From positions 1,116,001-1,180,000 of the forward strand of contig JBLDXI010000020.1 in assembly GCA_047495785.1 (NCBI GenBank): a stretch of DNA of 64,000 nucleotides, read 5' to 3'. Each line of letters opens with the position of its first letter. The stretch's first letter is position 1. Positions 1 to 11,366 of this stretch are shown piece by piece. Made by a program: the position numbers and the translations under genes. Origin of the DNA: Lepidodermella squamata. Its lineage: Eukaryota; Animalia; Gastrotricha. The notes under the pieces are model-generated. The model was given only the letters and a program-made list of their open reading frames with translations. It made no database searches and had not been told where the DNA came from.

Positions 1-30
1 GATGATTTACCGGCGTAAAGTCTCCAAGAT

Positions 31-2011
31 TTACCGGCCAAGCGCGAATAGCTCATGGGCTGTACTACGCCGCACTCTACCAGCCGACATTTCGCGCCTC
101 TCGACCCTGCCCTGGCACATGTGATAGAAAACCATCGCAAGAGAAATCGCAATGAAAACAGCAGAGCTCAAAATTGAAACGACCATAGCAACGTAACGTC
201 GAGTTTGGCTCTCGCTCGAAATGTAGTAATAGCTATTGGCGAAATAAATCAGCTCTTCAGAATCGCCACTCTCCTCGAGTCGGCAATGCGAATGGGCGCG
301 ACCAAAGAAAAAATGACCGGAAATTTTATCACTGCATTCGAAGTTGAGGAAATTCGTAGCTGATGAATATTCAGCAAAAGCCTCTTTAAAAGCTTCCCGA
401 GGTTCAGACGATTGACGGTAGAGAGTTAACTGAAGTTCAGAAGGCGCCTCCCCAGCCGAGTCGAAGCCGAACTTGCAATTCGAGGTAACATTTGGAAGGC
501 TGACTTTGAACGATGTCCGCCGGATGTAGTTGTACAACATCGAGCCATTGCGGATCATTGATCTACACGTAGCGATTGCACAATTTGATTTAAGCACTTT
601 TTTGATAGCATTAGTTCCGGCTAATAGGGCTCTCGTCAATGATTCCAGGCTGTTTGGAACATCAATTGTTAACATTGAGGTGTTTGAAACCATTTTCCGC
701 CAAGAAAATGGATCTTTACAGCTGTTCATTTCGTTTGCACTGACGAGTCCAACTTCTGCATTGACAAGGCGGGTTGAATTCCTAATCATAGCGCTAAATA
801 ATAAAAAATAACGATTATCATTGAATATTTCAAATCCAAGGCCTACCTGGTGAAAACGGTGTATTTCTGGTAATTTCTTGCTATTTTTGCCAATTTTATA
901 GCTCTGAGAAGAGTTGCCGTACCCTCCTCGCCGCAAATGCAAATCACGCCAGGAACTTTTGCATATTGTGAAAGACTTTTCCCAATGAAAACCACATCCA
1001 TAGAACTGCCGGTGAGGATCAAATCAGCCGCGATGGTAACGCCAACTTTAGCTAGTTCGGCCCTCATAACGCGAGCGCCAACTTCAGACTCGTATGAATT
1101 GCTGGAATGCACGAGGTCGACATATCGCCATTTGATAACTTTTCCGATGAGAGCGGCAAAAACTTGAATTTTAACCTTGTCAGATGGCACTGTCCTTGCC
1201 AGAAGGGGGAAGCGATTTCGATCACTGAGCTCAGCTGACTTGGAAGTGTATTCAATCTAGTTGAAAAAAATTATGAAACAAATAAGAAAAAGTATAAATT
1301 AAAAAAAGCGATTAAAAAATCCGCCTTAAAATTTCTGGGTCATATTTTTGTATTTTTTTGAATTTTTGAATTGTGTTATCATTTGAGCGTTCCAATTTTT
1401 TCTCCGTTCAAAATGCACGATTTTTTTTTAAAACACTCAAAATCACGAGATGTGTCTTGGAACCCGGTACCAGCCCGGTACCAGTGCCGGAACCAGCCAA
1501 TGTTACTTTGATGACCACGATGGAAAAGTTTCAAAATCGCCCACCGTTCAAAGTGGATGAATAATATGTCTTTTATTTGTTTACTTACCAAAGGAATATT
1601 GAGCTTATGAAGTTTTGAAGCGACGCTAGCTGTTACACCGCCTCTTCCATCGCAAATGACGAAAGCAACAGTTCGATTATTAGCAACCCTAGCGTTGCTC
1701 CATTTTTCTATTTTCGACGATGCTAATTTCGGCGAGGAACACGAATCGATAACTTCAAAGTCGAGCTTGAACAATTTGTTATTGAAGTATTCATCATTCA
1801 GCTCCCATATCATTCGCCTGGCGTAGCGTACGATTTGCGTGCTACCTGGTACCGAAGAGTTACAAGTGTTATTTCGCCCCTGATTGAGAGGTAGGATAAA
1901 TCCGACTGTCACTACATTGTACTGTGATCGGCTATCAAAACTTGCTGAGTCGAAAAATATTAGAGACAAGTAGGCAATAAGGGCAATATAGTTGTCAATA
2001 CGTCGAAGCAT
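31..2011 (-). CDS. mGluR-like Venus-flytrap (ANF-receptor family) ectodomain protein with a single TM helix; 3 exons (about 2011-1589, 1256-848, ~793-31); may continue beyond the window edge
   Basis: Signal peptide, then VTVGFILP and DSCSSP. Splicing GTAAGT(1588) to AG(1257) gives NIPL|IEYTSKSAELSDRNRFPLLARTVPSD..KWRYVDLVHSSNSY, matching the mGluR lobe-I motif ISYASTSPELSDK.RYP.F.RTVPSD..WxYV. One hydrophobic helix (YVAMVVSILSSAVFIAISLAMVFY) is followed by a basic tail. Confidence 0.75.
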
Positions 2012-2517
2012 AATGACAATAATGTTATTTTTATGACCGCCATTCAAGGCCGTGGTCGATAAAATTGCACACTTATGAATATTGGCGAGACCAGGCTGAT
2101 GTTTGTCCAAGACTTTGCATAAAAATACAGCGCACTTTTATCATTATTGCGCTCGTATTGTAACCGCCAAAAATCAATTACATTCATGACGCACAATGTG
2201 TTGACTCATTAACTGCGATAAAAAACGACTTTTCGTGAATTTTGTCATTTTTATTTCTTATTTTAAAAGAGCCACACCTTGAAATGGACAGCAATAATTA
2301 ACATGATCACGAGATTTTTTATACGACAACGCCCCTTCGAGACTAATGAGATAAGACGACCTCCGGCTGGCATTTCCAAGCACCTAAGTTCGAATTATTA
2401 TATCGTGGACTTTAATTTTCGTCGAGTGCTGCTCATCATTTGGAGACAGAAAACAAGTTTAAATTTGTAAGAAAAAGGAGCACGCGAGTAATCGATATGA
2501 CGAGACGTTGTTTACTC

Positions 2518-4974
2518 TCAATGTTTTGAACTTGATTTGCCGTGAGCTGATTTTGAGGTCGAATCAAGGTTAAGAGTTTGACCGTGTGGATTTGGGGTCC
2601 CCGAAGTTACAGCAAGATCTTCTATGCTCGGTTTCACGATTTCCCGCCGCGTTAACCTTGCTATTATCAAAGGGTAAAAAGCCGCAATAGAAGCTGCCAA
2701 AGTGAAAAATAGGAGACCGAATGCCCAAATGATATTCTTCGCGATATTTCCACCGATCGCTTGAACCGCGATTAAAACGAGCCCATAAATTGTAGCGGCA
2801 ATGATTGCGCCGAATCTAATTGAAATGACCTCATGCTTCAAATACGGCGGAACACAGGCGTGGCGTAGATTGTATGACACTAAAACGGATCCTATAATAG
2901 GAATGGCGTTGAAAGCAGCGAACGCAACATCCCAGTAGAAATTGAACCGCGAGAAGCAAATTCTTGTTGTAACATCAAAGTAATAGTCCTCCGACTCGTC
3001 GAAAGCCGGCGGCGTAACTACGTCAATCCGGCGAAGGAAGCCGAAAGTTCCGAATCTAATGACAAGAACAGCCACGTTCACCAGGGCAATGACAGTCAAA
3101 ATAGCGTTAGAGTATATTTTGAAGGTAGAGAAATGATCGTGAATCATCGCGGCGTCCTCTGGGCTTATAATCCCTGGCAAAGTCCGCCGCCTAAGCTGCT
3201 TTCGCTCTGAAGCATTGAACGTGAAACGGCGCTCCGGAACGCTGAGCCGATGTCTGTTTTTCTTGAAAAATTTCGCCGCGAACGATATTTTATCGAAAAT
3301 TGACCCATTTACAAGACTTATTCCAAGAACTGTTAGGATTGATTTCAAGTTGCAGGTGGGAATAGAAACAGGAGATACAAAGATTACTGCAGAGCCCAAT
3401 AGGAAAACTGACCCTAATACCAGTAAAATATTGCCGGATTTGAGGTCCGTGATTCCATAAATTCCTCTCCTCTTCGATAGGACAAGACAAACAAATGCCT
3501 GACCAGCAAAACTTAAAGATGATAGGATTAAGACTATCAAAAATATTTCCGGTGTCATAGTCTCACGTTTATGAACTATTAAGGATAAATCCGGGGTCGG
3601 TTGGCCATTTTTAGTGTTCCATTTCAGGGCTGAATACCAGTCGATGGTATGATAACTCAAATTTTTAAGCGTGTAGCTAAAATTGCCGTTATGCCACATT
3701 CGTAGGACTATCCTCAGATTGTTCAGCTTCTTGTCGTACTGAGCTATCGATTGAAATCTGCTATCAGCTTCTAGCCGGTCCTGGGAGTAAAACAGCCGGT
3801 GTTGGAGACCCTCATATTTCGTTGTCGAAGCACTGTAATTAACAGCGCTCATGACTTGGTCTGAATTAGTCGAAAAATCTCTCAGTGTTAAATTTTGGAA
3901 ACGGCTCAGATTTTGCTCAGTTTGGTCCAAAGTTACCAGGGTTTGAAGCATGGCATCGTGGCAAGTGTACCGCCTGCCGTAGTCACTGGAGCGTGACGAG
4001 TTCGTCAACGTGTCCAACCGCTTTTCGAACTCGAAAATGTCGTAGCCGAGAGTTGTATTTTTGTTAAGACTTGCGACCAGTCCTTCGAAATTTCCAACGA
4101 AAATCGTTGCATCCAGCATGGTTAGAATCATCCCATTGTCGCAGTCCTTCGGCCAGGTCATATTTTGGATAAATGGGTCAAAATAAGCGTTAGCATAGGC
4201 GATGAATTGATACCGAGGACCTCTGAGTCCTTCTCGGTAAGCCAGGCACATAAACGCCATTAACCTGGGAGATTCATAGAACCCAAGAAAAACCACCCTG
4301 GCATTACTTGCCGTTAAAGATTGAATGATTTCAGCATCTTCGAAGGATATAACCGAGGCAAACCACACAACTGAGATCGATTCAGATTCGAATAGTTCGT
4401 AAAGGAATTTGGCGACTAAAAATTCCGAAATGTTGCCTGGAAAATAGACTATTCCAACTTGTTTCCATTTAGCGATGTTTTTAGCTAAATAGAGTTGCGG
4501 GACAAAGTTTGACTCCTGGGGAGTTACTCTTCGATATAAATTCGGGAATCGAATCCGATCTCCGGTGAAGATGGTCCCAGCGCACCAGGTAGCAAATTGA
4601 ACCATATTAAAATGGCGAACAATTCCTGTAATTGTTTGGCAAATGTAGTAGCTACCGACGATTGCTGGGGCGATGTACCCATCGGAAATACTGCCATCAA
4701 ATTTTGATAGGAATGACATGAGATTGACAGGGGAATTAGTTCCGAGAGATCCTTCATCTTGATAGGTGACTTTAATTTGATAACCGGGTAACAATTTCCC
4801 GTTTTTGTTAACTTCATCGACTGCAACTTGCATGGCAGCCTGGCAAATTTTGCCATCGGCTGGTTCACTGCCAGTGAAAGGAATTAAGGCCAAAAGGTTG
4901 AGAGTTTTGTTCTCCTGGTATGACTCAACAATAATGAACCCTGCGACAGCCAAGTACGATGTTAGCAGGTGCAT
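2518..4974 (-). CDS. Intronless GABA-B-like class C GPCR (Venus flytrap + 7TM), 818 aa
   Basis: Signal peptide, AVDEVNKNGKLLPGYQIK, RFPNLYRR and KWKQVGIV; no cysteine-rich linker; seven hydrophobic helices in the C-terminal ~330 aa, with TM3 and ECL2 Cys. Confidence 0.85.
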   Translation of the reverse strand: MHLLTSYLAVAGFIIVESYQENKTLNLLALIPFTGSEPADGKICQAAMQVAVDEVNKNGKLLPGYQIKVTYQDEGSLGTNSPVNLMSFLSKFDGSISDGYIAPAIVGSYYICQTITGIVRHFNMVQFATWCAGTIFTGDRIRFPNLYRRVTPQESNFVPQLYLAKNIAKWKQVGIVYFPGNISEFLVAKFLYELFESESISVVWFASVISFEDAEIIQSLTASNARVVFLGFYESPRLMAFMCLAYREGLRGPRYQFIAYANAYFDPFIQNMTWPKDCDNGMILTMLDATIFVGNFEGLVASLNKNTTLGYDIFEFEKRLDTLTNSSRSSDYGRRYTCHDAMLQTLVTLDQTEQNLSRFQNLTLRDFSTNSDQVMSAVNYSASTTKYEGLQHRLFYSQDRLEADSRFQSIAQYDKKLNNLRIVLRMWHNGNFSYTLKNLSYHTIDWYSALKWNTKNGQPTPDLSLIVHKRETMTPEIFLIVLILSSLSFAGQAFVCLVLSKRRGIYGITDLKSGNILLVLGSVFLLGSAVIFVSPVSIPTCNLKSILTVLGISLVNGSIFDKISFAAKFFKKNRHRLSVPERRFTFNASERKQLRRRTLPGIISPEDAAMIHDHFSTFKIYSNAILTVIALVNVAVLVIRFGTFGFLRRIDVVTPPAFDESEDYYFDVTTRICFSRFNFYWDVAFAAFNAIPIIGSVLVSYNLRHACVPPYLKHEVISIRFGAIIAATIYGLVLIAVQAIGGNIAKNIIWAFGLLFFTLAASIAAFYPLIIARLTRREIVKPSIEDLAVTSGTPNPHGQTLNLDSTSKSAHGKSSSKH

Positions 4975-5380
4975 GATAAATATTTTATCTAAGAACGAAT
5001 TTCAGCTAGATGACGATCTCGTGTTCAATATTTGTTATAATGAACATAATTGGCGGCTAATTAAGATCTTTCTAGCCAGCAAAAATTTAACACCCGCGTC
5101 AATGAAAAGTGTAGGCAAGGCGCGGATTTTTTTATAGCTTGATCGATTTTAATACACCAAAAAATAAGTCATTTGAGTGCTAGGTCAAACTGCTTGGAAA
5201 ATAGTTAACAAATTTTATTGACATCAGATTTCAACTTTGAGTAGCCTAAAAAACAAATCTAGCCGAAAAAAATTGCGCTGCAATTCAAAGTAAAAATTTG
5301 CTATGATTTTTTCTCATTATTGAAAATTCTGTGAGAAAGGCCACTAGAAATATACTCTCGAGACGTAATAAATATAGGCG

Positions 5381-5733
5381 TTATTTCTTGATATACTCGG
5401 CCTGAATGTTGTAGATACACTCCAGGTATAGCTTGTAGCGGACGAGAAAGGCTTGGGCGAATCCTGGCGCTTTGCTGTCAACTTCTTCTACCAAAGGCGC
5501 AAAGTCGCCTCGCTCTAAAGTTCAAAATTTCAAAATTCAAATGATGAAAACTGACCTGAAAACAAACCTATCAGCTCTTTGTTGCTACTAACTTTCCGGA
5601 CGATTGTTTTCAAGGTGTCCATAGGACTTTCGCCACATTGACCTTTCGAGCGGTGCGCTGCAGCTAATTCGATGGCCAAAATTAGGACAAAAGCGACGGA
5701 ACAGAACTTTGCAAGGTGATCATTACGCGCCAT
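5381..5733 (-). CDS. Small secreted protein, unrecognised 2-Cys family, paralogue A (99 aa, intron 5515-5567)
   Basis: Signal peptide; spliced product ...QCGESPMDTLKTIVRKVSSNKELIERGDFAPLVEEVDSKAPGFAQAFLVRYKLYLECIYNIQAEYIKK*; clear similarity to paralogues B and C. Confidence 0.8.
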
Positions 5734-6906
5734 TTTTTTAGCTAATTCTCCGGATTCAGCAAAATATAATCTATAAATAAAATAGAAAACAACTAATGTC
5801 TGCTGGGATAAGAGATTCGGCTCTTTTTCGCGATGTGAAATGAGAGTACGGAATGGCTGGAAACATATTATATTTAATCGGAGTGCATTACAGTATCATA
5901 TTCCAAAAAATGAGTCTCGTATTAATGAATCAATAACGGGGTATCAATAACCGACTGGCAGTGCCACTGCTCGCCAAATCAGCCTATTTATAGTTTATAC
6001 CAACAGAATTTGGTGTGGAATGCAAATATCTACTTCGCATTTCGCTGAGTGGGAGGCTTGCGCGGCAGTTTTTCAGAAGTTCCAAGCAACAAAAAATTTA
6101 CCTCAAGCAAATAGGAAAAGAAAGTTAAATTCCTCAAGGGACCGCGGCCAAAATAAACCGCCTGGCGTCTAGAAAATTATACGCAGCCCCTGCAATTTTT
6201 TTCTCGACGTCCGATGTTGACTTTATTATACGTCTTCCGGTGTGAGTAATAAAACGCGGGGACACGTAATTGATTTCCACCGTATAGCTAGACTTTCGCC
6301 GGTTTCCTGTAAACATACTTGTTCAGTTTTAGAAGAATTGTGACGATAAAAAAAAGAAGTGCGGAAACCTTTTGGCATACTCTTGATCGATCTGTTTCAA
6401 ACTACGAGTTCAGTTGAACTTGTTACCAAAAAAATATCTAAAATTCAAACCTTGACATTAATTATCTATAATTATTATACGCGTTGAAAGAGGTGTGTGC
6501 ACATTTTCGAACTTTTTTATTATCATTGCGTTTTTTGAATCTCCGATCAATAACGTAAACCAAGATTGCAACAAAACAAAACTTCCTCTTCTTTCCGCGC
6601 TCGCAGTTCCTCTTGCTATATAAGCTAATGGACCTCGATCGAACTTCCGAGGGTGTTGCACCACGATAGCTATCAGCATTCACATTCAGATACGAAAAGT
6701 ATAATAGTTAGCCTATAGAGGTGGGTCAAAAACTCTTGGAAACGGCGGTTGTTAAAGATTTCAGCGGGCATTATGATGTAAGTGATGTCGATGAATGAAA
6801 CTAAGTGAAAAAAAGATAGGGACGCTGAATCGAAACCGCTCATCATAGATTAATAGCTTTTGATTTGGGCTGATTGCTGAGAGATGAATATGGGCTGATA
6901 CTACGA

Positions 6907-7341
6907 CTAGATATAATCCGCCTCTTGCTTGTAAATGCAGTCGATGTAAGCCTTGTATCTGTTGTTAAATGTGACCGTAAAGCCAGGGTATTTCATTTCG
7001 AGCTTCTTCAGTAAATTCACAGCGTTCGCTAAAAATGAGGAAAAAATCCGGAAACAATTAAGGCGGAGTTTTTTGAATTGTCTTTCACCTGGGCTTTCGC
7101 CTAGAAGTTGAGTGCCACCTCCGATGAAAATCTGCAAGCGATGTAGGGGATTCACTCCACATGAAGATTCCACCCGACTTTGGCCTTGATTTCGGACTTT
7201 TTTGCCTGGTTTCGCGCCGACGGCATCTGCGCTTAGAGACATTAGGGCGATAAGTAGTACGGTGAGGAGGATAATTGGAAGACGGCTATTCAGCTCCCGA
7301 CACCGCCGTCGGCTCCGCGTTGATAAAAAACTCTCAATCAT
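6907..7341 (-). CDS. Small secreted protein, unrecognised 2-Cys family, paralogue B (~124 aa, in-frame 60-nt intron 7029-7088)
   Basis: Hydrophobic signal LPIILLTVLLIALMSLSADA; SCGVNP...KYPGFTVTFNNRYKAYIDCIYKQEADYI*; phase-1 GT-AG intron at the same relative position as in A and C. Confidence 0.78.
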   Translation of the reverse strand: MIESFLSTRSRRRCRELNSRLPIILLTVLLIALMSLSADAVGAKPGKKVRNQGQSRVESSCGVNPLHRLQIFIGGGTQLLGESPGERQFKKLRLNCFRIFSSFLANAVNLLKKLEMKYPGFTVTFNNRYKAYIDCIYKQEADYI

Positions 7342-8639
7342 AATCAACTCGCCAGTTTTTATGATGGCGAATTCACTATAGATGACAAACAAAAAAATAT
7401 TGAGATATATTATCTGTAATTTTACGAACGTCTCGAACATTCGACTTCCGCTGCGGAACTCAGTCTGATCTAGCTATTGATACCTCGGAAGTAGGAGTGT
7501 ATTAAAAATTCAAGGGCGTTGGCGGCAGATGGCTGGCTGAGGCCTGTGGAAATCACTCAGTTGCGTCTTTCCGCATTGTCTATATCCGGGGGCAGCCCGC
7601 GCGTGCGCAGCCATGGGAGGCCGACACGTTTTAGCTAATTTTTTAACGCGATTCATCTCGGCCTCGGTCGCGTGGAGACGCAGAGTGTAAATTGATTGTT
7701 TTTTTCCACTTCTTGGCAAATATAAGGAATACCTACATAAATCAGAGGCTATATTCAAGTTGCTAGACAACGCTTGTTTCTAGTGCTGGCATTAAATGGG
7801 ACCCACGCGTCGAAAAAAAGCACAATAGTAGGGTCTAATTGATGCTTCAAGTGACTGGTTCATTTTAGGGTTCTAATTAGCGGCGAGGCTATAGACGCTT
7901 GCCTTCGGCCAAAAGCGTGTGACGGCTTAGCTTTGTCTTCATTTAATGAAGATTTACCTGTGCTAGTTTGGGCAATAATTATCCTCGAAAATCGCGACAT
8001 GTATGATTATAGACGGCTGATCGTGTTCATTCATGAAAACCAGGCTTATCGGTATTTACTTGTGTGATTTCCTGTGAGAAATTCTCGCTATGGGAAATTG
8101 AAGTTTATAGTAAATTTTTCTCGTTCGGAAATTATAGCATGTCGAGCCTGGTAATAAATATTCAAGCGGCTGAATTCAATCATTAGTCGCTTCCTCAATC
8201 GAGTGTTTTTTTTCTTGTTGGGCTGAAAAAATGGGGACGCACGGCAAAAGCCCACGTTTTTTGCCAACTCCAAGCTCAGGAATTTTATGGGAGAAACGAG
8301 TCTCGGAATTTATTCACAGAATATCCTTTAGCGGAAAAAATTTCGCCGAAAAAAATTGCGGAACCTAATTTTCGATGAGCAAAGGGTCGATTTTTGGATA
8401 TTTCTACGAAATTAAGGCAATGAATGAATTCTACAGGGAAGAATGCGTCTTATACAGAATTTTTCGCTGTATTTAATGATGATATATTACCAATTATGTT
8501 GATCAATCAGGACATCCTTGAAAGTTTCGAAAAGTGGCTTTAGGCCCATTTAAAATTCCGAAATTTGGTTCCGCTACAAGTAGGACCCATTTATTTATTG
8601 CGTCATGTATCAAATTTTATTTAATTTCAGCAAAAATGA

Positions 8640-9213
8640 TCATCTAACCATGTCTGATCTCAGGTAAAGACAACGAATAAAAACTAGATAGCGTTCTAAT
8701 AGAACTTTATTCGAGCCAGGAAACCATCGTTCCATCAGGGTGAACAAAACGCTAGGCGGCAATTGATTGCTTGGATTATTCAAATCTAAATTTGGAAAAT
8801 GAACAAATTAATGAAATAAATTCTAATATTTTAAGGAGGCTGTTATTACCTTGCCCGCGAAATAGCATTTTTGCAAAGTTGTCCTTCGCCTTAATCAAAG
8901 GATTAGTACCGCAGTCTTGCTGCGAGTCCAAAGTTGTAACACCGCTGCTGATGGATGAAAGAGATCCTAACATTTGGGCCAGGTGAATGTCATTCATAGG
9001 ACCAAGGGTACTTAGTCGTTTGCCATCTGTCACCAGAGGCAGCTGCTTATTAGTTGCTAGATCAACCAACACCGATGTTAGTATTGTCTTCGCTGTTGTA
9101 GTTGTCTGGTCTGCTCTGGCAGATGATTGCTGACCGGCGAGAAGCCACGTTAAAAACAAACTCATAGTGCAGCACATGGGTGATTTTCGGCTTACAAAAA
9201 ATGGGAATGCCAT
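8640..9213 (-). CDS. Small secreted protein, unrecognised 2-Cys family, paralogue C (169 aa, intron 8786-8849), with an N-terminal pro-region containing GKR
   Basis: DCGTNP...FRGQ|DLNNPSNQLPPSVLFTLMERWFPGSNKVLLERYLVFIRCLYLRSDMVR*; same motif order and intron phase as A and B. Confidence 0.72.
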
Positions 9214-9871
9214 GATTTAGCTGGACACAGCGCTTTTTTCGCAAAATATATAGGTTTATTTCAACTGCCGGACCTGATTGATGAACTTTGTCGAAATTGA
9301 AAGGTGTGTTTGACGTAAGAGCGGTGCGAAACGACTCGTCGCCTGCATGTTTACGTCACGACAAGTCGGGCGAAATTATTTTCAAATTTCAATCAACGCT
9401 AAAATAAACGTGGGCTAATTAATATTGCGCTTCACTTTTTAATTATATTTTAAATATCATCACAGTATAGCGAAGAACGCGATCGCCTTATGGCGTGTCC
9501 CCACAGAAAGCAAACTTATGTCGCTGGGTTTGTTTTGCTGTTCGACGTGGGCTGGTCAATTTGCTATAAGTAAGGTGACGATGCGACTGTTTCTCACATT
9601 TCTCGCACAGCGTAGGAATACCAATCTTACGAAATTGTGTGAAATTATTATCATTGATTACTTATTACTATGCCGGAAGAAGCGACGAGGCCTTAATATG
9701 GGCGAAAATCAAAATAAAATGACGGGAAAATTGAATTTAAACGGCGCTTTTAGCTCCAGTTATTTTCACGGTTCAGCGAGGACTCGGTTGATTGAATTGC
9801 GGGAAAAAAGATGAGCGAGTGCTTTAGGTTCCGTAGAATAAATTGCAATTTTTTTCGAGTCTTGACTGGAT

Positions 9872-11313
9872 ATGGCGTTATCAGCACTAATGACGAATGG
9901 CCTATTCGGCATCAATCATAATGCGACGTCAAGTCCGGCATCAGAAAACGATACTCTGGCGCTGGCTTATGAGCGCTTTTTCGCCGAGCTATCGCGCAAT
10001 CTTAGCCTCACTACAACCGAAGCGCCGGAAATGACGATACCAATCGCCGTAATCATCAGCAATTTATCAGTAATTCTAACAAACATCTCCCACGCTCCAC
10101 CTTGCACGAAAGTTAAAGAGCTACATGTTGTCGAGAAGACATTCTACGGCGTATTAGTGCCGTTCATTTGCCTGCTTGGCATCGGGCTGAACATCCTGCT
10201 TTTAGTCACCCTTGGCAGTCACGGCAGATTCAAGTCGTCAACGCATGTCTACTACCGATTCATCGCAATTTGCCACATATTTTCATTGGCGAGCTATGTT
10301 GCCGATTATGTTGACGCGGTTTTCATCCGAAATAGCCTGATCAGCAGTATATTAGTCGCGTATATCGACTGGCCGATTTCGTCGTTCACGGGGACGCTGT
10401 CCTTACTCTACATAGTCGCAGCGGCTATAGATCGATTTTTCTACCTCTACAAGCCGGTGATTGACGACCGGGCGATGAACAACCGAACAACACTGGCTGT
10501 TGTTGTAGGCGTGAGCCTAGCTGGTTTCGTGGCTCTGTTCAACTCGCCGAGAATGTTCGCCTATACAGTCGATTTTAAAACGGGCTGTAAAAGCACGAGG
10601 TGGGGCCATAGCGTTGAAACGGAATGGTTTATCACGTATTCGTACGTTCGCATCATTTTCTACCACGCTGGTTCGATATTTTTGCTACTCATGTTCAACG
10701 CAATGTTAATCGATCGATTAAAAAGGTGAGCACAAAAAATAATAATTTTTTCTCAAAATTTAATGTTTTTATTGACAGGTTAAATAAATTTCACATTAAT
10801 TATGTCATTGCTGCGTTGTGTGATCGTCGGGCCAAATTGCGTCGTTATCAGGAGCGATCGTTGACCTTGACATTATTGGTGTCAATTTTTGTGACCTTAC
10901 TTGGAGAACGTAATTATCCTCATTAATTATCATGTGAAATTTTTTATAACTTATCTAATGATTTAGTGCCGGCTTTATTTCTCAATCCTCTCAGTGCCGT
11001 TTTGCTGTGGAAAATCAATTCGAACAGCGAAAAATTTCTAGAAATGCGCCGCGTCGGTAAAGTTCTGCTAATCCTCGAGTACGCCGGCAATTTCTTCATC
11101 TGCTTCTTTTTCGATAAAACATTTCGAACGGCGTTTTCGGCGCTGCTCAACAAATGGCGAATGCCGTGTTGCCGTTCGGTTGACAAAATGGCAACGCTGC
11201 GTGGCATGCGGGGTAGTGTTTCCTTACCTCCGGAATTCTACGAAAATCCAGCCTTGGCTGAGCGGAGGGTACGCAGAACCACGCTGGTTCGAAGAACTAC
11301 GACACCGTTCTAA
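9872..11313 (+). CDS. Rhodopsin-class GPCR, FMRFamide/peptide-receptor-like; introns 10726-10778 and 10910-10966
   Basis: TM1 GIGLN, FKSSTHVY, IDRF (DRY equivalent), FNSPRMF, TM7 NFFICFFFDKTFR; splicing keeps the frame. Confidence 0.85.
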
Positions 11314-11366
11314 AACTCACCTTAATTTCAACAAAAATAAACTAAAATGAAGCAAATGATAAGAAA

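Noticed and set aside
1190-1256. Apparent frameshift in the VFT gene between the SDRNRFP and ARTVPSD motifs
   Set aside because: Counting the G run at 1205-1209 shows the motifs are in one frame (RFPLLARTVPSD)
1459-1500. ccggtaccag repeated about three times in intron 1 of the VFT gene
   Set aside because: Too short to assign; likely a local micro-duplication
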